A DNA stretch of 6,588 nucleotides from a virus: positions 1 to 6,588 of IMG/VR virus record IMGVR_UViG_3300045988_079189; one strand, 5' to 3'. The notes beneath the pieces were generated by a model, which was given only the letters and a program-made list of their open reading frames with translations, was not told the DNA's origin and searched no databases. The position numbers were made by a program, and so were the translations under genes. Below are positions 1 to 5,305 of the stretch, one piece after another. Position 1 is the first letter of the stretch. Each line of letters opens with the position of its first letter.

Positions 1-55
1 CCAGCGCAATCTTTTAAGGAAAAGTTGAATGTCTTCATAACGCGGATAAGATAAA
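1..55. repeat. Terminal redundancy of the contig. Bases 1-55 are identical to 6534-6588, so the molecule is a 6533-nt circle opened inside the rep gene.
   Basis: Base-by-base comparison: ccagcgcaatcttttaaggaaaagttgaatgtcttcataacgcggataagataaa occurs at both window ends. The minus-strand rep frame runs through the junction without a stop. Confidence 0.95.
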
Positions 56-414
56 GCACCGAACAGATGAGCTTTCTCCAATGCCTGAGGTATCTCATCA
101 TGGTCGGACGTACAATAATTTTCTAATAATTCACCAGTATTGTAATCATATATTTCATAGAAGGAAAAGTTCCGTGTCTGTTTAGCAAGACGGAACACAG
201 CGCGCGGGATAAAAGAATTAGCAAATGTAAGGGTAACAAAATACACCTTAGCAGAAGTAAGACCCTCTAATGTACACTGCTCAGAATAACGGGAAGCCTT
301 AATAGTAGCACATGCAGAACAATGGCCACAAGGGACAACCAACGGCTCCTTAGTAAATGGATTTATTATCCGTTTAGGCCGAAGGCAATATACAAAGGGG
401 GTCTCCTTACTCAT
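1..414 (-). CDS. VP4: Replication initiation protein VP4 (HUH rolling-circle endonuclease), N-terminal 138 codons. It continues across the circular junction into 6533->5298.
   Basis: My translation from the ATG at 414-412 reads MSKETPFVYCLRPKRIINPFTKEPLVVPCGHCSACATIKASRYSEQCTLEGLTSAKVYFVTLTFANSF...YEDIQLFLKRLRW. It is open to base 1. Joined length is 414+1236 = 1650 nt, which is in frame with ORF 5298..6542 (track start MRWR is really ...KRLRWR...). It contains the Cys-rich CGHCxxC segment and the RCR motif-1-like FVTLTF typical of microvirus VP4/gpA. Confidence 0.85.
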   Translation of the reverse strand, partial: MSKETPFVYCLRPKRIINPFTKEPLVVPCGHCSACATIKASRYSEQCTLEGLTSAKVYFVTLTFANSFIPRAVFRLAKQTRNFSFYEIYDYNTGELLENYCTSDHDEIPQALEKAHLFGALSYPRYEDIQLFLKRLRW

Positions 415-581
415 TTTACCGGAGTTTGAATGGTAATAGATGCAGAATCAGCACTTGCAGAAGTAGGATTTTCTACTTTCTGCGTAGAATTCGTGTTATT
501 CTTTTGAACATACACAGCAAACGTACAACTTGCGGCAAGAAGCGCAAAAATGATAAGCGTAACATAATGTTTCTTTTTCAT
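411..581 (-). CDS. Small putative lipoprotein of 56 aa, below the ORF-track size cutoff.
   Basis: Hand translation from the ATG at 581-579 gives MKKKHYVTLIIFALLAASCTFAVYVQKNNTNSTQKVENPTSASADSASITIQTPVK, with TGA at 413-411. It has a basic n-region (MKKKH), a hydrophobic h-region (VTLIIFALLAA) and a lipobox-like AASC. The mature part is S/T/N/Q-rich. The stop overlaps the rep start as ATGA (414-411), suggesting translational coupling. Confidence 0.55.
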   Translation of the reverse strand: MKKKHYVTLIIFALLAASCTFAVYVQKNNTNSTQKVENPTSASADSASITIQTPVK

Positions 582-679
582 ATTAGTTTATTTTTAGACA
601 CACAAAGAAATAAATAAAAAAAATAAGATGCAAGAGGAAAGCAGGCTGTCATTTTCCGAAAGGAGAACAAGAAAGGAGG

Positions 680-706
680 GTGCAAGGGAAATCTGAAACC
701 TTGCAC
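680..706. repeat. Short inverted repeat/hairpin: 8-bp stem GTGCAAGG / CCTTGCAC with an 11-nt loop, upstream of the lipoprotein-rep operon.
   Basis: 680-687 is the exact reverse complement of 699-706. No flanking T-run. Function unknown; a possible operator or structural element. Confidence 0.3.
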
Positions 707-767
707 ACTTCGTGAAAATGACTAGGTTTCACTCCTAAAGTTAAAGTAAAGCTTTAAGTATATAAAG

Positions 768-789
768 AAAATAAGTTTTAACTTATTTT
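768..789 (-). terminator. AT-rich hairpin followed by T-rich sequence on the minus strand. Candidate terminator at the end of the long minus-strand gene string.
   Basis: aaaataagtt (768-777) and aacttatttt (780-789) are reverse complements. On the minus strand the stem is followed by cTTTaTaTacTTaaagcTTTacTTTaac. It sits immediately after the TAA (790-788) of ORF 788..1030. The stem is weak because it is all A/T apart from one G:C pair. Confidence 0.25.
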
Positions 790-1030
790 AACCGCAAAAG
801 CCTACAAAAGTGGTACACCCCTTTTGCCATAAAAGCACAAAATAAGAGAAGGCATAAGGAGGAGACGATAGCAAAATAAGCACAACTTTTGGCTCGGCCG
901 GATAATTTTTCAGGCGCAATCCACGGCCATGAGATTGAAACACTAGCGCACCAGTCGACATGCAAAGGTAGAAAATCAAGATACCTAAAAAGCCAAATAG
1001 TGTTAACGGTAAGCCGTCTAAAGACGACAA
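788..1030 (-). CDS. Hypothetical small membrane protein with two predicted hydrophobic helices; coding status uncertain.
   Basis: The 80-codon ORF starts at a TTG, and the first ATG is at 961-959. It has two hydrophobic stretches (LPLTLFGFLGILIFYLCMSTGALVF and VVLILLSSPPYAFSYFVLLW) separated by a basic loop (QSHGRGLRLKNYPAEPK). Its 5' end lies inside the 979-1064 hairpin, and a second frame (783..965) is also open here, so this may be chance. Confidence 0.25.
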   Translation of the reverse strand: MSSLDGLPLTLFGFLGILIFYLCMSTGALVFQSHGRGLRLKNYPAEPKVVLILLSSPPYAFSYFVLLWQKGCTTFVGFCG

Positions 1031-1064
1031 ACCGTTAACACTATTTACCTTTAGTTAGGTATCT
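979..1064. repeat. Long, nearly perfect inverted repeat able to fold into an ~86-nt stem-loop in ssDNA.
   Basis: The outer arms agatacctaa (979-988) and ttaggtatct (1055-1064) are exact reverse complements. aaag (989-992) pairs with cttt (1049-1052). The inner arms aaatagtgttaacgg (995-1009) and ccgttaacactattt (1032-1046) are exact 15-bp reverse complements. The apical region 1010-1031 holds a further cgtc-taaa-gacg mini-hairpin (1015-1026). Confidence 0.85.
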
Positions 1065-1140
1065 AACAATTTTCACCTATTTTGCATTGCCGACCGATAC
1101 GCCAGTGAATCAATCTCACTTATGGCCGAGGAATGCACCT

Positions 1141-1178
1141 GAAAAAGCCTAAGGTAGCCGCAAGCGGCTGTATTTTTC
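1141..1178. terminator. Intrinsic-terminator-like element: A-tract, GC-rich hairpin, T-tract. It looks bidirectional and the functional strand is unclear.
   Basis: The sequence reads gaaaaagcctaaggt-AGCCG-caag-CGGCT-gta-tttttc. The stem spans 1156-1160 / 1165-1169 and the T-run is 1173-1177 on the plus strand. On the minus strand the same stem is followed 9 nt later by cTTTTTc. It lies 55-75 nt downstream of the stop of ORF 1232..1429. Confidence 0.35.
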
Positions 1179-1231
1179 TATGTCTCCGACGGCTCCTACG
1201 CGGAGAGCGGCCTCACTCAATCCAGTAGAAT

Positions 1232-1429
1232 CTATTCAGAGCCTAAAAGAACGGGCCTCACGAGGTTCCAGCTTTGAAGAACTGAGAGCGGAACAACAGC
1301 GACCAACTTATCAGAACTCGTAGCCATGCGCGAAGCATAGCGAAACGCACCTGCAAAAACAGTAATGTTTGCAGGAATACGGCACCAAGAAAACTCGCCT
1401 GATGCCGTTTGATACACTGCATAATACAT
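1232..1429 (-). CDS. Hypothetical protein, 65 aa.
   Basis: The ATG at 1429-1427 lies 5 nt after the stop of the preceding ORF, on the same strand as all other genes. I recognise no motifs. It sits in a G+C-richer patch containing an internal 8-bp hairpin (1350-1357 / 1368-1375), so this could be structured non-coding DNA instead. Confidence 0.35.
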   Translation of the reverse strand: MYYAVYQTASGEFSWCRIPANITVFAGAFRYASRMATSSDKLVAVVPLSVLQSWNLVRPVLLGSE

Positions 1430-1434
1430 AATAA

Positions 1435-1641
1435 TTAATTAGTTTTAGAATAAATAGTTTCATAAGAACGACCTACCTTAGCCTGAACAATGCCAGCAAG
1501 GAAGTCCAAGTCAATTTCAGAATACTTGTCAAGAAAATCTATAGCATTACTCCTAGTACACCAATAAGTAGTAGTAGAACCTTCACACTTAGACAATACA
1601 ACAACACGAAATTTTTTCTTCAAAGTAATAACTGGTTTCAT
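1435..1641 (-). CDS. Hypothetical protein, 68 aa.
   Basis: ATG start preceded on the minus strand by aaaaaaggaaagatatt, the only clear purine-rich SD-like element in the genome. Same strand as the structural genes. No recognisable motifs. Confidence 0.5.
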   Translation of the reverse strand: MKPVITLKKKFRVVVLSKCEGSTTTYWCTRSNAIDFLDKYSEIDLDFLAGIVQAKVGRSYETIYSKTN

Positions 1642-1708
1642 AATATCTTTCCTTTTTTGTTATACACAAAGATAACAAGAAAAAGCCAAACTTAACGTTA
1701 ACAGAGCG

Positions 1709-1945
1709 TTAAAAATTAGTTAAGAATTGTATTTCTATTTTCTGAACATCTCGATAAGCAATCCCAGGGATATAATCAGTATCATGACTATACACTAAGT
1801 AATGAACTTTCAAGACAGGTCCAAGAGGACCATAAACATAGCAATCCTGAAACAAAAGCAATTGCCTTAAAGGCAAGGAGCACAAAAAGCGCTCGATGTC
1901 TTCAAGGCAATAAAATAGAACTGGGAAATAACCTAACTGCATCAT
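1709..1945 (-). CDS. Hypothetical protein, 78 aa, translationally coupled to VP2.
   Basis: The start ATG (1945-1943) overlaps the VP2 stop TGA (1944-1942) as ATGA. The protein is Cys/aromatic-rich and I recognise no family. Confidence 0.55.
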   Translation of the reverse strand: MMQLGYFPVLFYCLEDIERFLCSLPLRQLLLFQDCYVYGPLGPVLKVHYLVYSHDTDYIPGIAYRDVQKIEIQFLTNF

Positions 1946-2991
1946 CTTACAGTACGAGGAATAGCCTGAGAATTCTCAGAAGAATTTTGAAAATTCTTAA
2001 AAAAATCACCGACACCTTGGAATCCGTTCTTATTATATGCATCAACAAGCTTTGAAAACAAATCAAAAGCAAGTTTCAACTCATTATCCGGGCCAGTATT
2101 ATTCTCTGCATGAGTAGCTTCAGCAGATTTAATACGCAGCTCATCATTATAAGTATCTTTTTGAAAGTTATAATTCAACAATTCTCTCTTAGCCTGATAA
2201 TAAGAAATTTCTCCCTGGTTATATCGGTCAAAAACCTCAGCGACCTTGGACGCAATAGACAATTGATAATTCATATCATAATTCTGGAATTCCTTCATAG
2301 TAAGAGCAGCTGAATAGGCGTTGGCAATACTGGCAATACCTTTTAAGTTATTATCCATAGCTACACCTAACATTTTAAGGCCTTCACTCTGTTGAGCGAA
2401 GTAACCTTGAGCAGATGCTACCTGAGCATTTCCACGGATAGTTGCAAGATAATACGGCATTGCCGCACGGGTCTGATAATTTTCAAGACCTTGACCAACA
2501 TAACTTTGATAATCATTAGCAAAACCCATAGCGGAGGATGCAACACCTTTTATTGCATCAATTACCTGAACCATCTTCTGAAGTCTGTCCATTGCGAAAA
2601 CCGGCTCAACATGACCGGGAACCATAGGCGCACCAGTCTGCTGAGTTCCGGAAGTATCGGCAGGAGCAGCAGAAGGAGCAGTCATCGAAGAAGCAGTACC
2701 AGCAGAACCACCGGACATCATCATATAAGGATTAAGACCAGCTTCCTCAAGCCTAGCACGCTGGGCAGATGCGGAGTTATATTCATTCTCAGCATTCCAC
2801 ATTTTCCACTGCTCATCAATCTGACGCTCTAGATTCTCTCTATTATACTGATTATTCATCTGGGCAATATCACGATTTGCCTGATTCGTCTCCTTAGCAA
2901 TATCGCGATTTGCCTGATTGGTAGAATCAGTCATCTGAACATTGGCATCATTAGCCAATTTCTGAGCCTTTTCCTGTGCAGAAGCACCCAT
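1942..2991 (-). CDS. VP2: Minor capsid / DNA pilot protein VP2.
   Basis: The 349-aa ORF follows the capsid and scaffold-like genes. It has an N-terminal Q/N/A/E-rich helical region and the motif ARLEEAGLNPYMMM, which I recognise from microvirus VP2 proteins. That is followed by a Gly/Ser/Ala/Thr/Pro linker (SGGSAGTASSMTAPSAAPADTSGTQQTGAP). The ATG overlaps the upstream stop as TAATG (2993-2989). Confidence 0.8.
   Translation of the reverse strand: MGASAQEKAQKLANDANVQMTDSTNQANRDIAKETNQANRDIAQMNNQYNRENLERQIDEQWKMWNAENEYNSASAQRARLEEAGLNPYMMMSGGSAGTASSMTAPSAAPADTSGTQQTGAPMVPGHVEPVFAMDRLQKMVQVIDAIKGVASSAMGFANDYQSYVGQGLENYQTRAAMPYYLATIRGNAQVASAQGYFAQQSEGLKMLGVAMDNNLKGIASIANAYSAALTMKEFQNYDMNYQLSIASKVAEVFDRYNQGEISYYQAKRELLNYNFQKDTYNDELRIKSAEATHAENNTGPDNELKLAFDLFSKLVDAYNKNGFQGVGDFFKNFQNSSENSQAIPRTVR
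2864..2929. repeat. In-frame tandem duplication (2 x 33 nt) within the VP2 N-terminus.
   Basis: gcaatatcacgatttgcctgattcgt (2864-2889) and gcaatatcgcgatttgcctgattggt (2897-2922) match at 24 of 26 positions with a 33-nt period. The protein reads TNQANRDIAKE-TNQANRDIAQM. Confidence 0.85.
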
Positions 2992-3491
2992 TATTCAGAA
3001 GGAGAAGGAGAAGAAGCCGGAGACGGAGCAGGGTCAGGATTATTTGATTTTTCTTTCTCAGCCAATTCCTTATTAATACGCTCAACTTCCATCTTATAAT
3101 TGTCATCCAACCATGCAGACCAGCGCAATAACTCGGAAGGAGACTGAATATAACGAGACTTAATAAACTGGCGTAGCTGAACATCCGACATTTTCTCGCG
3201 AACAGAACGCAAGGAAGAAGCAGACTTTCCGGCATTTTCCAAGAACTGAGAAAGCCGAGAAAGCTCCATACGGGTCAAGTCCTGCATATGAAAAAGAGCA
3301 TATACATCATTACGATAATGAACAGCCGGACACGTAGAATGAACACAAGGAAGCTCAACATAATTCATGTCCTCAATAGGAGAAGGCTGCCTAAATTCAG
3401 TCAAGCCATTAAAAAGAGTTGAAGTAATAGGAGGAGTATAAGACGTAACACGCTCCTCAACTTTGCGGAAAAAACGAAATGTCTTAGTCAT
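2991..3491 (-). CDS. Putative internal scaffolding protein (VP3-like), 166 aa from the ATG at 3491.
   Basis: The track ORF 2991..3560 overlaps the VP1 3' end. The ATG at 3491-3489 (MTKTFRFFRK...) lies 11 nt after the VP1 stop and is the more likely start. The segment DVQLRQFIKSRYIQSPSELLRWSAWLDDNYK resembles the conserved C-terminal pattern of gokushovirus VP3 scaffolds (LPxxIRxRFxNDPxxLLxFLxDxxN). The acidic/Pro/Ser tail and the position between VP1 and VP2 fit this call. Confidence 0.55.
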   Translation of the reverse strand: MTKTFRFFRKVEERVTSYTPPITSTLFNGLTEFRQPSPIEDMNYVELPCVHSTCPAVHYRNDVYALFHMQDLTRMELSRLSQFLENAGKSASSLRSVREKMSDVQLRQFIKSRYIQSPSELLRWSAWLDDNYKMEVERINKELAEKEKSNNPDPAPSPASSPSPSE

Positions 3492-3502
3492 AACATAATA
3501 TT

Positions 3503-5305
3503 TTAATAAGGTAATCCATTCAAGTCCAGAGGACGAACCGCGCGACAAGTAATCATACAAGAGCCTAACAACGGGTCAGTATCCGGAGTATCATCAGCCT
3601 TAACGGCAAACAATGTATCAACACAATGAGGGTCAACCTTGAAAAATCCTGCCTTAATAGAATTGGATTCCACATTAGGATTGTCAGGAAAATCAACAGA
3701 GTTGGCAGCTAACGCAGCCTTGTCGTCGAAAGGGAGACACCAGTACTGAAGAGAGCGAGAAAAAGCACCGACAGAGCGGTCATAATCAGTTTTGAACGGG
3801 AAATACCTAGGAGCATAACCTAGATAAGTATCACCCTTCAAGTTTGAGAATGATGACTTCAAAGGATTCATAAGATAGCCTAAAGGAACCTGCTCCATAC
3901 CAACTTGGTCAAATTCAGGAATAGGATAAGACGTAGCATCAGTCAACAAACACTCAGGATTAACACCAGAAGTAATGTAATCAAGCATAGGCAAGGCATG
4001 GAACACACACATAACAATACCGTATTCACCATTAGCATCTACTCTAATAGTACCACGGGCAGACATAGAACCTTTACCTCCAAGAGTAGCAGCATTATCA
4101 TCGATTAGATTCGTATTGGTAACCTCATTAATATCCAACGAAGTATCAATACCGCCAAGATAACGTACCATACCGGAAAGTTCTTTTGGAACGCGAGTGC
4201 CAAAGTGCGCTTGAATCTGAGAGGGGTAATCTTCCTCAGTGCACAGTGAGATTTCTTTCCATTTTTGAGAAGCTTCCGCACGACGAAGAGACAAGATATC
4301 AAGGGTAAATGAATCTATACCTGAAACAGCCAATCCAGTTTTATACAATGCAAAATTATCAGAAGCATCAGCCAATATTCCCTGTTTTGAAGATTCGTTA
4401 AAAAACTTAGCAGCACCATCAAGACTGAACTGAGGATTAGTCTCATTCTTAAATGACATAGGTTTACCATCCGATACAATAGAAGGAGAACCACTAATAG
4501 AAACAAGAGACGCTTCTCCATACTGAGCCTGCGGAATAACACCATGAAACATATCCTTTTGATAATTGGCATACCGCATGTCAAGGAAGTTAAAAGAGTC
4601 AGTAAATCCAGGCCAAGTCAAGTCGAGTTGTAAATCATTATTACCCATAATGTAATCCAGATTAAATGTAGAAGGATTAACACGTTCCCATTGGGTGAAT
4701 CGGCCAGAATCAGCATAGATCTTCTGATAACAGAGAAGGGGAGAAACATCAAATGCAAAGTTAATCAACAATGGGGCAGACCTCCAGGTCTTACCGGGAC
4801 CTCCGGCAGCAGCTGAGATATAATTGTAAAACGCATTACCATATCCGAGATACTCCAATAAGATACAAGTATTCCACGCACGAGAACGGCCAAATGTATC
4901 CACGGAATCACCTAATTCTTCAATATAAATTGCCAACTGCTCAGCAGTAACATAAGGAAGTTCACCAGTAAGAATAACATTTTCCTGCAATGTAGGGCCT
5001 GAAGCATGCTGAACATTGGAATTCATCTGCGTCAATGCGGTATAATATTTATTCCAAAGTACACGCAAAGGAACGAAGTAAAAATCATAGTAACCTTTCA
5101 TACGCGCAAACGCAGAAGTGTTAAGAGGTTGGGTACGGATAAATTGAGCCAAATCAATTTCAAATGAATCCGAAGGAATCATACGACGATGCCAGATAGG
5201 ATAATACATACCTACCTTGGCAGAAAAGTTAAATTTACGCGACAAGTCAAAACCGGAACGAGACGGGTTATTCTTAACCGTCGCCAAAGACATAATATTA
5301 GCCAT
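3503..5305 (-). CDS. VP1: Major capsid protein VP1 (phage F-protein family).
   Basis: The 600-aa ORF starts with MANIMSLATVKNNPSRSGFDLSRKFNFSAKVGMYYPIWHRRMIPSDSFEIDL, followed by RTQPLNTSAFARMKGYYDFYFVPLRVLWN. These are hallmark blocks of Microviridae major capsid proteins. The ATG (5305-5303) overlaps the rep 3' end by 8 nt. Confidence 0.93.
   Translation of the reverse strand: MANIMSLATVKNNPSRSGFDLSRKFNFSAKVGMYYPIWHRRMIPSDSFEIDLAQFIRTQPLNTSAFARMKGYYDFYFVPLRVLWNKYYTALTQMNSNVQHASGPTLQENVILTGELPYVTAEQLAIYIEELGDSVDTFGRSRAWNTCILLEYLGYGNAFYNYISAAAGGPGKTWRSAPLLINFAFDVSPLLCYQKIYADSGRFTQWERVNPSTFNLDYIMGNNDLQLDLTWPGFTDSFNFLDMRYANYQKDMFHGVIPQAQYGEASLVSISGSPSIVSDGKPMSFKNETNPQFSLDGAAKFFNESSKQGILADASDNFALYKTGLAVSGIDSFTLDILSLRRAEASQKWKEISLCTEEDYPSQIQAHFGTRVPKELSGMVRYLGGIDTSLDINEVTNTNLIDDNAATLGGKGSMSARGTIRVDANGEYGIVMCVFHALPMLDYITSGVNPECLLTDATSYPIPEFDQVGMEQVPLGYLMNPLKSSFSNLKGDTYLGYAPRYFPFKTDYDRSVGAFSRSLQYWCLPFDDKAALAANSVDFPDNPNVESNSIKAGFFKVDPHCVDTLFAVKADDTPDTDPLLGSCMITCRAVRPLDLNGLPY

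Noticed and set aside
603-612. Possible Bacteroides-type promoter -7 element (TAtttcTTTG on the minus strand), 22 nt upstream of the lipoprotein ATG.
   Set aside because: It does not fit the TAnnTTTG consensus spacing, and I could not identify a matching -33 TTTG element confidently. The region is so T-rich that such matches are expected by chance.
426-617. Plus-strand ORF of 63 aa (TTG start), antisense to the lipoprotein ORF.
   Set aside because: It has a non-ATG start, an Arg/Lys/Ile-rich low-complexity product and the wrong strand relative to every other gene. The minus-strand ORF has a coherent signal peptide, a lipobox and an ATGA junction with rep.
578-652. 24-codon hydrophobic mini-ORF (MTACFPLASYFFYLFLCVSKNKLI) whose TGA overlaps the lipoprotein ATG.
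   Set aside because: It is very short, and its Phe/Leu richness simply reflects the T-rich promoter-like tract on the coding strand. I cannot distinguish it from chance without comparative data.
783-965. Minus-strand ORF of 60 aa overlapping ORF 788..1030 in another frame.
   Set aside because: It has no recognisable features and no junction logic. Its existence mainly shows that stop codons are sparse on this strand here, which also lowers confidence in ORF 788..1030.
2110-2832. Plus-strand ORFs 2110..2313 (67 aa) and 2392..2832 (146 aa), antisense to VP2.
   Set aside because: They lie entirely inside the well-supported VP2 gene on the opposite strand. Their compositions are low-complexity (Ile/Ser/Leu- and Arg/Ser/His-rich), typical of antisense translation. 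No other plus-strand gene exists in the genome.
2951-3235. Minus-strand ORF 2951..3235 (94 aa), overlapping the scaffold-like gene and the VP2 start.
   Set aside because: It is off-frame within 2991..3491. Its runs of Leu (LRLRLLLLLLLNN) mirror the acidic/Ser/Pro tail of the real frame, and it has no independent support.
3492-3560. N-terminal extension of the 189-aa ORF (MYDYLSRGSSSGLEWITLLKYYV) overlapping the VP1 3' end.
   Set aside because: The ATG at 3491 lies 11 nt after the VP1 stop and fits the tight junction pattern of the rest of the genome. The extension would require a 58-nt out-of-frame overlap with the conserved VP1 C-terminus.
3905-4584. ORFs 3905..4108 (+), 4105..4302 (-) and 4315..4584 (-) inside VP1.
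   Set aside because: These are antisense or off-frame ORFs embedded in the capsid gene. They are short, Leu/Arg-rich and lack coupling signals, so they are most simply by-products of VP1 codon composition.
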